Of a stretch of DNA of 64,000 nt, positions 1 to 12,627 are shown piece by piece. A model generated the notes under the pieces. That model did no database searches. It had not been told where the DNA came from and saw only the letters and a program-made list of their open reading frames with translations. Both the position numbers and the translations under genes were made by a program. This stretch comes from Lytechinus pictus. Taxonomy: Eukaryota. The number at the start of each line of letters is the position of its first letter. The stretch's first letter is position 1. Location: positions 21,764,001 through 21,828,000 of the forward strand of contig NC_087252.1 in NCBI RefSeq assembly GCF_037042905.1. Direction: 5' to 3'.

Positions 1-834
1 TGGCTCTGAAGCCAGATAAGGATACAAATATGGATATTCATGAAATTTTGTTTTTGCTAGATAATGATCTTTAGGCGCTAAATTAATGAATAAATGGATG
101 GATGAATAAATGTTCCATTTAAGGAATGAATAGATGAATGGATATTAAAGTTGAATCATCAAATGATAAATGAATTAATATGTAGGCCTAACTAAATAAC
201 TAAAAGAATGAATAACTTCAATAAAATACGAACCTCTTTATATTTTGAATAATTAAGAAATATATTACAAGAGAATTCAATATATTCTCAGATTAATATG
301 TAAAGAGAAGCACCAAAGCTTGTGAAAGAACACAGATCATGTCAGAATGTACTCCAGACCTGTAATATTTAACTTTGATCTTGTTTAGCTAACTCTAATC
401 CCATAAGAATTAACTTTAATTTTAATACAAAATTGCTTTCGTTCAGTGGAAACACACCAAGAGCCCTCGCCCACATCTGGCTGTGAATGGCGGCCATCTG
501 ATGAGTCGTGTTTATTCTAATTTGTCGAACATTTTGTCCAGAACAATTCACCCCATGTATGTCTGCCACGACCAGATGGTATAACCTAGAACATCTTTCC
601 TCGTCTTAAAGGAAGACTGCCCCATCCATCTTCTCAGCTCAGAAATTACATTTTACTTTTACCTTTTTGATATAAATATAGACCTAGATAATTGTAGAGT
701 CTGGTAGTATGATTCTTGTCGTGGTTCAATGAAAACCTTGCTATTATCGTCCTATTAAATACTGCATTCTCATTAAGCTTTCAAAGTCACTAGTTTAGTC
801 CAGATGGTAAAGGATATTTAAGGATAAAATATTA

Positions 835-915
835 AAGCATCCTTTAACAAAACAATGATTGATCAGTATATTATGCCCCTCTTCACCCAGGTGTAGCTGA
901 GTACCTGGCTGGGGA
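835..915 (+). mobile_element. SINE core fragment
   Basis: TGCCCCTCTTCACCCAGGTGTAGCTGAGTACC resembles the core at 50605-50638. Confidence 0.5.
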
Positions 916-2370
916 CAAGAGACCATTGTTTTATGACAGTGGACCAATTTATGTGATTTCCTCCTTAATTCCTGCCGTTGGATTGGCTAAGAGAAACTTT
1001 GTCTTAGACGTGTAGTTATTAATTACAAGATTCATGAATCAGAGCCAGTTTACTGATGAAAAAATAATAAATCTTCAGATATTTAACCTGAATTTCAAAA
1101 TGATGTCTAATCATTCTTAAAAGTCAATAAAATATTTAGAAATTAGTTTATGGATACAGAAGTGTTCATATTGATCAATCTATTAATATAAACTTTCAGA
1201 GCTCTCATATCACTGTTGGACCATACATGTTACACTTCGCTTGATTCAATCTGTTGGCAAAATTATACATTTGTACAGATGGAATACAAGAAAAAACAAT
1301 ATTTTGGTGGATTACTTTTATTTTTGAACTAGCTTTTTTCAACAGTGAAACCCATTCATTCTTTCTGAATCCTCTTTGCTTAGCATTGAGAAAAAACATA
1401 TTAAGTAAAACCTTTGCCCCATTTCTCGCAAAAAATTGTGAATAGTGAGATTGTTCCTGAAAAGCAAGCAAAAAAAATGTATCACAGTAGCTGTGTTTAA
1501 AGAACCGTCTTTACATATTTTCTGAAGAGAGTGCATACCAAATGTAATTCAATTCAAAATCTGGTTGAGGCAAGTGCAGAATAAATCTTTATTAGGCAAA
1601 AGAATTTCTTCTTGATAGGGAAGAATGTGAGCAGAAGGCAAAGAATGTGTAGAATTGTGTATAAAATAGCGTTTTATACACCCAAATAACCTGAATACAA
1701 AGAATTTGCCTCAATTCTAAAGATATCCATCCAAACTTGTAACAGAACTCCTATTTTGTGGCCTGAATGATGAAGAACTGAATTGTGTCTGTCGAAGGCA
1801 GCGCTGAACAGCACTCGAATTCATGTCCTTTAATTGATTTAGGCAGCTCAACCTTAAACAGTGACTTTAAGCCTGGGCCATCGGTGTGGCAAATCGCTTA
1901 TCGTTTTGCCAATTTGAGCGATCTTCTGTGCTGCGTCACAGGTTTGTTTTGGTGCATGGGTGCTCCAAACTCCAAAGGTGCTACAAAAAGTGTATTTTGA
2001 AGTAGAAATGACTGCTAAGATCTGATTATTTATTTTTTAAATTAGGTTTTGTCATTTTACTTGTTTGTTTATTTATTTTCTTCTGCATTCATGATCGATG
2101 TAGAACTAAAAATATAACATGTGTATTACAAAAAGTATACATTCTAATACTAAATAACATAGGAAAATTGATATCTATTTTAATGCAATAGCTGAAGTTT
2201 AAACAAATAAATTGTAACGATTGATTATGGTACATCAGAGATGGTATAATTGAAAAAAATCATAGTATATTTGACAGATCAATTATTTTTTTATATATAT
2301 ATTTGTATTTTAGATGTCCTTTTTGTACTTGACTGGGTGATGTTGATGCTGATACTCCATGATACATTAA

Positions 2371-2748
2371 AGTGATTGGTTAACATTGGTTTGACTTTAA
2401 AAAAATCTGAGCTAGAAGGTCACACTTGTCACCTGTGTCTGTGATATGTTACAAAAATGAAGCCCAGAAAAAATTGCGTTCGAAAATAATTATTTAGTGC
2501 TTCAAAAATTGAAATATAAAGTGACCGGAAACACCGTCTAAATTTCATCCCATACACTTATGTGTACTATTTAGAAGTCTATAAGACACCTATTTACAAA
2601 ATCGGGGTTTGCCTTGTAGTTTTAGCTTTTCATTCTCAATAATGGTTGTTTTCAGGGTTTATTAGTTCTAATACATGCACTTGTACACATGTTTCATCTT
2701 GGTTTGAGAATTTTTTTAATCGGCTGCTCACAAAGTTAAACAATACCT
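2371..2748. mobile_element. Kolobok-like non-autonomous DNA transposon
   Basis: TTAA on both sides (2367-2370, 2749-2752). Imperfect TIR: AGTGATTGGTTAACATTG vs the reverse complement of the right end, AGGTATTGTTTAACTTTG. AG...CT termini. Confidence 0.65.
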
Positions 2749-3182
2749 TTAAGGTAATAAAATACCAAACAAATCAAAACAAAAGAAAAAATAATCAAAG
2801 AGATAGTGGGGGAGTGATTTAACATGTGTATATAAATGTAAGTCGGAATATGTAAAAGAAAGCCATGTAAATCAAGTCAAATATCAAATTCAGTAAAAAA
2901 AAAAATATATATATATTAGATGGTCGCTGATGAATAATCATCCCCATCATATACTTATTCCTTTTACGCTGACATGTAATCATTACCAGAGCTATATATG
3001 TATACATTTTCATTGGAGATGATATATTTATGAGATTACAGACGGATCATTACTCTTCATGCGTCTTCAATTGGCATGGTTGCAGCGAAAGTACATTCAC
3101 CGGGAAATCTCACTGATGATTCTACCTGTTTTGACGTCCCTAGGATAAGCACAGTTCTTACATTACTGACAACTGGAGAAAC

Positions 3183-3419
3183 CGGGGATATAGTATTATT
3201 TATTGACAGGGCATGTAGTAAATTGACTGTTCTTAGTTCTTATGTCACCAACATTTTCTGAAACGAAGAAATATTAGTATTTATTTACCAGGAAAAAGTA
3301 ATATTTACTATCAGGGAAATAGTAATATTTATTCACCAGGCATATAGTGAATCTGCTGCTATTACAAATCACTGACAAGTTCTGAAATCAGGGAAATAGT
3401 ACTAACTATTGACCAGGGG
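3183..3419 (+). repeat. Degenerate ~25-bp minisatellite
   Basis: Several copies of a GGGAAATAGTAATATTTATTxACCAGG-like unit. Confidence 0.6.
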
Positions 3420-4169
3420 CTGTCTTCAAGTCAAGTATTCACCTAATTGTTTACTGTGGCCAATGTAATAAGTGGTAACAAGACATATTCATGTTTTATA
3501 AATATGGGTGTGGGAAGTAGCAGAAGTGATAAATAAATGTTGGTTTGGGAATTAGAATTGTATAGTGCTTAACATAATATGTTGCAACATATGCTCAGGT
3601 TCTTACTAAAGATTTATGATAGGGATGAATTCAAGAAGTTCTTGAGTGCTACTGGTGCCACTAGCAGTGTCATGCAACAATAAAATAAAGTCTGTTGGAG
3701 TGTACATCTACGTATGTTGCGTTTGGCCTATTCATCATACATAATACTCCTGCTGTCTTCCGAAAATTTGATTTACATTTAATTGCAGAGTTAAAGATTC
3801 TTAATAACCTGCAATGTGCGCTTCTCATCAGCGTCACCCCCCTTTTATATGAGTAGCTCCTGACATTTGTGAAACACATTAAACACTTATGCAATAATAC
3901 CTTGTGTTTTAGTAGTGCTTGTTAATGATTCCTTGATCGTGAATTGTGTGTGTTGCTGAATAATTTATGTTACTAAGTTTTTATCTTCTTCTATGTATTG
4001 AAAATTATGATAGGAAAAAGTGAGGGAAAGTGTTATGTGACAGTTGTAGATCTGGGTTTGTTTGTTCAGTTCTACCGCTATAAGGCCATATTGCCCCCAT
4101 GAATCTGTGAAATTATAACCTAATATAGACATCCATCCAAAGTAATGCATTTTCTGTAACCTATCAATA

Positions 4170-4478
4170 GTGACAGTGGTGGTGATGATGATGATGGTGA
4201 TGATGATGGTGACGATGAAGATGATGATGTTGATAATGGTGACGATGAAGATGATGATGGTGATGATGATGATGCTGATGATGATGATGATGATGCTGAT
4301 GATGATGATGATGATGATAATAATGGTGGTGGTGCTGATAGTGGTGGGGATGATGAGGATAATGGTGGTAGTGATCGTGATAGTGGTGGTGATGTTGGTG
4401 ATGAGGATGATGGTGGTGGTGTAGATGATGATGATGATCATGACAGTGGTGGTGGCAGTGGTGATGATAGTGGTGCTT
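4170..4478 (+). repeat. (GAT/GGT)n microsatellite
   Basis: Direct reading. Confidence 0.95.
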
Positions 4479-4651
4479 CTGATGGTTGCACTACCAGTAC
4501 TGCTCTACTATTGCTAATGTTGAAATGATATTATCCAGATGATACTGTGGTGCCTCTACTATGCCTACTGGTAGTGAGGATCTTAACAATAACAAGGATC
4601 TTGATATAATATCAAACATTAACCATTCATCCTCTTTTCTCTTTCATCCAG

Positions 4652-4788
4652 CCGTTGGAGCTGATTCAAGACGCAATGAGGAATCACCTCCAAGGATCAC
4701 AGAACATCCCTCAAGTCTGTCCGTCCGGAAGAACAGTCCTGCAACGCTCAACTGCAGAGCTGAAGGCTTCCCCATACCTGACCTCCGG
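4652..4788 (+). CDS. robo: Robo receptor exon, N-terminal half of Ig1 ([46 protein letters not shown])
   Basis: Polypyrimidine tract plus CAG acceptor (AG 4650-4651) and GTGAGT donor at 4789. The peptide matches the Robo Ig1 signature PRIxEHPSxLxVxKxxPATLNCxAEG. Starts phase 1, ends phase 0. Confidence 0.93.
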
Positions 4789-4869
4789 GTGAGTATTCTT
4801 CTGGCCAACCTTTTCACAAGCAGTCACTATTGATTAATAGTAGTTTATACAACATTTGCGTAGTGCTCA

Positions 4870-5065
4870 ATACAATGTTAAACGCTGCATATTATTACCC
4901 CTGCTTTGGCATGGCTACCTTGATCAGGCACTCAACCATTCAAGGAATTACTTCCTACCCGCTATCCATATACTACACCTGGGTGGAGAGTGGCATATGT
5001 AGATAAATGCCTTGTCAAAGGATGCAACTTAGAAGTTGTGGCTCAAAGCCCAGAGACTTATCCTT
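4870..5065 (-). mobile_element. SINE copy
   Basis: CACCTGGGTGGAGAGTGGCA...GTAGATAAATGCCTTGTCAAAGGATGCAA, colinear with 11205-11826. Confidence 0.7.
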
Positions 5066-5175
5066 TAAGCCAAAGCACATCTAAAATTAAAATCAAGACT
5101 CAAGTCAAGATAGGGTTCAATCAAGTCAAGATTGATATTGCTTTCAGTTTGATTTCAACCAATTGCAAATGTTTG

Positions 5176-5230
5176 CAAGATGTGCCTCAGGGGTCTATCT
5201 TGTCACCACTAGTATTCCCATTTATTCTGC
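5176..5230 (+). mobile_element. Non-LTR retrotransposon RT remnant
   Basis: Translates QDVPQGSILSPLVF, similar to the LINE RT motif GVPQGSxLxPxLF. No extended ORF. Confidence 0.5.
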
Positions 5231-5714
5231 ATAAACTCCATTCAACTTCCTCTATGCATTTACGCATTGTTGTCAAGTGGTTCTGACTCTCTTCTTTCTA
5301 TCAGAAGCTTCTCATCCCAGCCATGGTGTTAATTAAAGTAATACATAGTGTGAACACCCTTTTGTGGTTAGACGTCTCTTTGTATGTTTCCTATTGTGTT
5401 TTATATAAACACTTGTAACCTGAACATTCTCTTGGAAGCATATGCCCGATATAACCGTATTCCCGAAGAGGTACAGGTGACTTGAGAAAGGGGAGCAGTG
5501 TTAGTTCAAGTGTAAGTTTAACTCCAGTTAATTTTCAGCTGTTGCCTCCGGCTTTCTCTGGCCCCCAAATAGGAAGTGGTGCTTACAGGTGTAGTAAGCT
5601 CAGTGGGGACCTTATATGCAATCTTATATCTGTTTGTTTTGAAGAAGTGGAGTGGCTTTCACGACCTTTGCACAGAAACGTGGCAATATGGAAAGTTAAA
5701 GGTAACTTTACTTA

Positions 5715-6164
5715 GACACCGTTCTCACTACGTTCCTTAAAACTAGTTTAGTAGAAACTAGTTTAACGCGTAGTGAGAACGGTCGAAGCGGTCTTGGAAG
5801 CGATCTTCCAAATCAGTTTGGAAAACCACCTCGCGATGTAGTTTTCAAGATCGCTTCGCCTGTGTAAACTGGTTTTAGGGCAAGTGAGGACACAACCGTT
5901 CGTCGTGAAGCGATCTTTGCACATTTTGAGTGCGCTATCCCACAAGACAGGTGAAGAATGCCTACGCTGCGATTTTGAACTTCGCGTGAAATGTGTCACC
6001 CCACTGAGAGCGTTTCCATAGCAACAAGATCGCTTTACGTGAAGTGATTTTGAAAACCACTTTCGTGTCATTATGTGGGAACGCTAGCAAAGCGATTTCC
6101 CAAACTGGTTTCCTGAACCGGTTCGCAGTAAAATGGTTTTAGAAAGCGTAATGAGAACAGTGTC
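5715..6164. mobile_element. PIF/Harbinger-like MITE
   Basis: TTA duplication (5712-5714, 6165-6167). About 45-bp imperfect TIR: GACACCGTTCTCACTACG... / ...CGTAATGAGAACAGTGTC. Internal AAACTAGTTT/AAACTGGTTT sub-repeats. Confidence 0.8.
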
Positions 6165-6289
6165 TTAATAGATATCTAAAAAAGTGGGGTTTAACCTTTG
6201 TGTATTTTTGGCATGGCACTTTGATAAAAAAAGTGTTAAATAATAGTAATACTGATAAGATAATGTATAATGTTAGCGAACACTTAGTA

Positions 6290-6555
6290 CATCAATAATG
6301 TATTTAAGAACCTTGCAAATAGTGCCCCAGTTAGTTGATAGGCTTGCCTCTAACTTTTCATGTTCATGCACAATCTCCATTCCCTGGGGAATGGTTCAGT
6401 TTGGTGACATGTCCATGGTATTGTTTAAACTCCATTGATAAGTTGCATACTTCCAGGCTTCCATTTAACCCCGGGTGGGGAGTGGCATACTGTGGCCTTT
6501 CAGAGATTTGAACTCTGTGTCTTATGAACTACATTCTGGTGACCTAACCACTAGG
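6290..6555 (-). mobile_element. SINE copy (decayed)
   Basis: CCATTTAACCCCGGGTGGGGAGTGGCA core. The TGCACAATCTCCATTCCCTGGGGAAT segment matches the reverse of 50711-50737. Confidence 0.6.
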
Positions 6556-9260
6556 TCTCTATACCTCTACCTCTTAATGGCAATTATCTTCCAAACAGTA
6601 GGTTGTTTAAAGAATATAGATTCACTCTGTAGTAAGAAGGGATCCAAAAGATACTTCACATCAATGTTTATGAAAATAGGTAGTAAAATAGCTTTTCTTT
6701 GAGTCAAAGTGGAATGACTTCTGGATAAAAAAACAAATGCAAAATGAGATTGGCTGAAAGGTGCATTTCTTTCAGAACTATGAAAATATAAATTATCACG
6801 CATATCATAACAAATTATCTTTGATAATTCCACCAGATCACCATCCCTTGTTTTCTCTTTTCCCCTGTAAACAGAATCGTTAAGTCAAATTGACGATTAG
6901 GTGTTGACGTACATATCTGTTGCTTGGTAAAATGTCAGGGCAGGTAATTCCATTGGCGCAAAACGTACCGCCTGTGGCAGCGTTTGGGTTAAATTAGATA
7001 ACGCAGATGAAGCTGGTGGGGAAAGTGGATTAGTGAAATGTCTGCTAGTGTTGTCTATCAATGGCGCTATATTGGTGGAAGAAATTGCAGAAGTTGGCAC
7101 ATCCTGGGTTGTAAACTAGTTCACAACTTTGTGATTAAACTTTGGGAATACTAATAAACTGACATTTTGAGGTCTGCGGGGATGTAACGCAACCGGCGAG
7201 GCTATTTCGTTTTCTGCCTCGCTATCGGATACCGATCACATGATCTGGCATTGGCGACAAGTTTTAGTGAACCGGGGTGTAACATATTCTGCGACCTGAG
7301 ACGTGAAACACCTCGGCAGTTCGCGTGATGATGTGAAAGAGCTTGTGGGGATAAGATCCCAGTTAATTTTAAGGATGAATGTCAATTCCAAATATATTCT
7401 TGGGGCTACTTCCTAACTAATCATTCACTGTGTTCTACCGGAATGTTTCTCATCAGTGTCTCTGTGTAGATTACATTGTAGGTTTATGGTATCTTTCTTC
7501 CTGAAATGTACACAGAGGAGCTTGGTGAGATACTGGTAATGAAGACTGAAGAATTAGAACATTTACAGGCTTTTGGAGAGAAAATAGACTGCAACAGTCA
7601 CTGAGTAGTTCCGTCTTACTTGCTTGCGTCAGAATGGAAAAAAAATGTCAGGGACATTGTTATGAGACAAAATTATTTCCGGTGAAAGACTTAAAGGGGC
7701 TATCACACGATGTTGTTTCAGCCAGTGTATCAGTGTATGCCAACATAGACATGGCAAGCTGTATTTATCCTTTAATACAATTCTTGATTTGATATCATGC
7801 AAGCTTTCCATTCTTGATAACAAGAATTGCCTTATGTTAATTAACAATCAAATCAAATCTTTAAAAAAATCTTATTGTGTCATTAACAAAAAAAAAAGAA
7901 ATACAGATATCGAGAACAGAATGCTGAACTTCAAGAATTAGGATTCAGCAAGAAAATGGCTTGACCCATGTATGTTGTATGTCAGGAGTACACTGGCATA
8001 ATCGTCCATTGGTGACAGCACCTTTAAGGTGTGAAGCAACGGCTTCATTGTTTTGATATTTCTTGATCTCTATCATCCCCATCTGCAATATGTGCCTCTC
8101 CCATCTATTTTTATAACGTGAGCTGCGTCTTACCCTAACCCAAAAGACGGTTGTGATTCAAAAGACAGAGTTGTGATTCTCCAGAATATGAAGGATACAG
8201 ATTTGCTACCATTTTTGCAGATACTGTGAATTGTTGTTGTTTATTTTTGTAAGTGAGTGGTATTTATTGACTTTCATGATCAACATATTAACCCCCCCCC
8301 CCTCAAAAAAGGAAAAGAAAACCCTTACAATCAAATTAACGCTAGATGAAGCAGGCCTACATGCAGTGGTATGGAACAGATCAAAAAAAATGATATTGAT
8401 GCATATTCGGAACATCCAATATATCTCTCTTGTTCGGGTTGTGAATGTTAATAGCCCCTGTTTTTTTTATTGTTCTTTGTTTGTTTAGATTCTAAAGCAA
8501 CTACGCTTACTGTACACATTGCTGTTTGTCTCTGTCCCCTCCCCCCTCTGTCCATCTTTTATTCGTAAATTCTTTCACATTTTAATCCACCCCTCCCCCC
8601 TTCGTTCCTTATGTTCCTTAACCATAAACAAAACGTTGTTGATGTTTGGTGTTAACACACCTGACCTTCTGGTGTAACAGAACTCTATATAACATGTCAT
8701 CACAAGGGAATAACATCTAAACCAACGAGTGTGTAAACACAGGCGAAGAAAGAGTTCTGTATTTAGTGTCTCCCTGTCTTGGATGCTCTGAAATAACACG
8801 CAAGTCCACTGCGCCATATGTTACCTGTTTGAAGTTGCAAAAATGGAGTTTCGAGCGGTTCTCATATCTTGAAGAAAATCAATTTCATTATTCACCGAAT
8901 CGAAAGTTGGAAAAATTGTAGTGACGAAATTGAGTTTTGTGACCTATATTGTTGAAGGAATCTAGTTCAATTCATGTATGCTCAGATTGGTTTATGAAAA
9001 GGAGGGTGAACAAAATTAAATAATGCAAAAATTTCTACAAAAAAGTCCCTTTGTGCATCCAGTTCTCTGAATGTTTTGATTTTATTGAAAAGAATTCGAA
9101 GTTTAATCTCAGTTTTATTTTTTTGCCAACTGTACCTTTTATTTGAAGAATTCGATACCAGGAGTCAATGAAAAAAAATAAAGGGGAGTTAACTGATTTG
9201 TTTTCATAACATGCACTTTTCACTTTTGCCATTTTACAAGCAGCATACAATAGAATGACT

Positions 9261-9605
9261 ATTTATCCAACTAGTTGAATGCCTGCCATTGATTTCCAAT
9301 ATCATTTACTAGTAGTAACTGCAGTGTACTTGCAAATCAAAGACTAAAGTATTCAAGTACCCCCCCCCCCCCGGCCCCAGCCCCCTCCCCTTCCAACATC
9401 AAAAGCATTTTGATATTTGATGAAGCAGTAGTCACATTTATCTAACTCGTTGAAATGCTTGCCATTGATTTCCAATATTTAAAGTAGTGACTGTAGATTA
9501 CATTGGAAATGAAAGACCAAAGTATTTATATACCCCCCCCTTTCCAGCCCCTCCCCCCACCCTCCCCTTCCACCCCACCCCAAAAGGGAAAGTGTCACTG
9601 TTTGA
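9261..9605 (+). repeat. Old tandem duplication, period about 175 bp
   Basis: TGCCATTGATTTCCAATAT...AAAGACxAAAGTATT...TACCCCCCC...CCAGCCCC occurs twice (from 9261 and 9436). Confidence 0.8.
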
Positions 9606-10065
9606 TAAATATGTCTGGGACTGGGTAGTAATTGTTGCTAAAATTTCTTTAATTTGAAATCCAAAGCCTCTTTTTCAGCCTTAAATTATCAAGAATGTTT
9701 ATTGCCGGAGTCAAAATATCTGAAAGAGCATGAATGAGACGAAATAAATCAGTCCGGACTCTGAAAATAGGGCAATTTGTGACCTCCAGAGAATTTATAT
9801 AAATCCTCTTTGTAACTAAGATTAGAAATTAGTACTTTTTAATAGTAGTTCGGAAGTATCCATAAACTAATTCTGAATGCTGTGAATGTGTAAAAAGTGC
9901 CTTGGCTGACATTGTTTTGTATTCCTGATTATTCTACCTAACCGATTAAATCAATCTTCAGTCCTAGATTGTCTTAAATTGTCTATTAATGATACAAGTT
10001 AACTTCAGATTCTGTCATGTATCGTTTATCTTGCACATTTTCTTATTGATACTCTAGTTGGCTGT

Positions 10066-10215
10066 GTCTGTCTATCTATCTATCCATCCATCCATCCATC
10101 CACCCACCCACCCATCCATCCATCCATCCATCTATCTTTATATCTATCTATCTACCTATCTATTAAAAGTCTATTCATCCATCCATCCATCTATCTATCC
10201 AATCTATCCATCTAC
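10066..10215 (+). repeat. (ATCT)/(ATCC)n tetranucleotide repeat
   Basis: Direct reading. Confidence 0.9.
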
Positions 10216-11204
10216 ATGTCTCTTTTTTTGTTTTTCACTTTTCAAGTTTCTGTTTTACCTTGTCTTTCCCTTAGCCACTCTTTTTTCTATCTCCCCTCTC
10301 TCTTCCACCCCCCATCCCTCTCTCTTCTCTCCCTCTCCCTCCATCTTTTAATTATCCTATCTTCTCCAAAAGACCATCCATCATCCATCTATAGACCTTC
10401 CCTTGAACAATATGCCATTAGAGATAAAGTCCAATCAACTCTTCACCATTCCCTGTCCCTGTCTCTCGATGTAGACAATATCAGTTTATTCCATTTATCA
10501 TGTTAGAAGGCGTCAAGATTGGTGGATGCTGCGGGCTAAATCTCTTCTTAAATACTCCCTAAAGATGGCATAATGGAAGCATGGATGGTGATATTGATTT
10601 GAATTATTGCAATGTTTCATTTATTAAAAAAAACACTTTTATTTCTAAGACTAATGCATTGCACTCCCTGAAGACAGGTTAGTGTCTTCGTTGAATGTTA
10701 AATGAATTATTGCAAAGTTGTATTTATTTTCATATTTCACATCTTTATAGATCTTGAAAATGGCAAGATAATTCCTGAAGGAGATATTCATAATGTAGAC
10801 TTCTTGGAACTTGGACAATAAAGATAGAAAAATATTGGTTTGAATAAGTAATTAGTTGCTGAAACTAAACAAAATGGTGAATAGGAAAGAAAAAAGGGGA
10901 GGAGCTGTGAGGGTAGAAACAAGTAGCAAAGGGAAGTGAACTTTTTTTTTTTTGGGGGGGTCAAACCTTAAATTTCTTATTCTATTGGACGGCCATGCAT
11001 CTTCTCTCATATATGGGAGTTATAGGCCTGTAGAGTGCTATATATACATGGTGCGAGTAGATCATTAATATCATTTCCATCATTATCAAATGACCAAAAT
11101 AGGGTCACGAAAAGAAACAGAATATAATCATTGTTCTGTAGTTCTGGAGCATCAGAAACAGGATAACATATTAATAATATCATGAAACATGAGGCATACA
11201 TTGC

Positions 11205-11826
11205 CTAATGCAATGTTTAAAGTGCTGCATCATTTTACACAAGCTTTAGCATGTCTACCGTCATCAGGTGCTCAAGCATTCAAGAAATTCCTTCTGTTTA
11301 CCTATTAAGTAACCTCAATTTCATTTTTATAACAGAGTTAAGCACCATCTAAAGCTATTTTTGATCAAACGTGACTCTCGCTGAATTTAAATGATTTTCA
11401 TCTTCCTTCTACTCTCAGTCACCCCCCCCCCCCTCTTCTGCTGTTCATCCTCTCCTATCCTTTATGATTGTTCTGGGGTTTGTCTTGGTACAAGACGCAA
11501 TTCATTTTTATTTGATAAATATTCATTGAATTTGTTCTCCGCTTTCGTTATTTCATCATTTTTACAGCTATACTTACTTTCAATACACTATCTATGCCAA
11601 GATGTATGTACATATTATTTAATTGCTTTATTTCATTTTGAATAGCATGTCTTTATCCGATGTTTTGTAGAATGTTTTTTTAATTGGAATTGAATAAATT
11701 TTAACTTGAACTTGAAGTTATTGACTACACATGGTTGGAGAGTGGCAAGTGTAGATAAAACACCTTGCCAAAGTATGCAAATGCTGTGGTGGGATTTGAA
11801 CCCCTGACCTTGTTGTTCAAAGTCCT
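11205..11826 (-). mobile_element. SINE copy split by a ~410-bp insertion
   Basis: 11205-11306 and 11722-11826 are colinear with the 4870-5065 copy. Pol III B-box GGTTCAAATCC on the minus strand at 11792-11802. Confidence 0.65.
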
Positions 11827-12220
11827 AATATGTTTTATTGGGCTCACTATTCAGACGAAAATGCCACCATTTTCAGAGCGAAGCAGAGACATCTTGGCAG
11901 TAAATTCTCTTGAACTTCCACTTTAACCAAACAAATGTATTAAAGCATCCCAACTTCCATTTACAGACTGATGATGGTGATGATAGACATTTAACTAACG
12001 ATCATTTGGACTAGATAATGCCATGGACAATCCTCATAGTAAGAAACAAAATTAGAGGTTTAAGGGGCACAAGGGCACATTTACACTGTATCTGAAAAAA
12101 AACAGTTTGTCGGAAAAACTGTTTGAGTGTCTCACTAGTTCAACGAGTGCTTGGTTATGTCAGCATTCCTATAAAAGATACTCTCAAATTTTGTTACAGT
12201 AAGAAGTCCAGTTGAAAATG

Positions 12221-12627
12221 CAGGGTGCTACATAAGCACTTGCCAGATTGCCCCGGGGCAAGTAAAAGTTATAGTCGGGCAAGTGTTTTACGGTAAAGAC
12301 CAAAACTTCTTGCCCGAATTCGGCAAGCAAAATTCTCATAGTAGAATTACCAACATTAGGGTCGATATGATATACTGATCCTAAATTTGGTCATGGCGGG
12401 CAAGATAAAATCACTTTGTAAATTGTAAATTGAAATGCAAGAACAAGGTACATCAGTTCATGTCAAATGAGGGAAGAAAAAAAGTCAATGGTTTCTAAAA
12501 CCATTATATTTTCTTTTGAAGAAGTAAAACTTTTTTCAAGGATTTTTTCGGGCAAGTATATTCCAACTATTTAAAAATTTACTTTCCCTACAGGGCAAGT
12601 GCATCTAAAAAGTTATGTAGCACCCTG
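12221..12627. mobile_element. hAT-like non-autonomous element
   Basis: Perfect 15-bp TIR CAGGGTGCTACATAA / TTATGTAGCACCCTG. Flanking direct repeat AAAATG (TGAAAATG if the terminal TG is shared). Repeated internal GGGCAAGT motifs. Confidence 0.8.

Noticed and set aside
1657..1681. Perfect 10-bp hairpin GTGTATAAAA-TAGCG-TTTTATACAC
   Set aside because: Short, AT-rich and isolated; compatible with chance or a decayed repeat.
3965..4441. Poly-Ile/Thr and poly-Met ORFs (also at 19353, 33159, 39397 and 58421)
   Set aside because: Translations of triplet repeats, with no splice or domain support.
4561..4651. ATG at 4561 as the Robo start codon
   Set aside because: The peptide has no signal-sequence character and runs through a clear polypyrimidine/CAG acceptor. 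The true first exon is probably upstream of the window.
10662..10700. Possible minimal hammerhead ribozyme (CTGAAGA...)
   Set aside because: The GAAA core and convincing flanking stems are missing.
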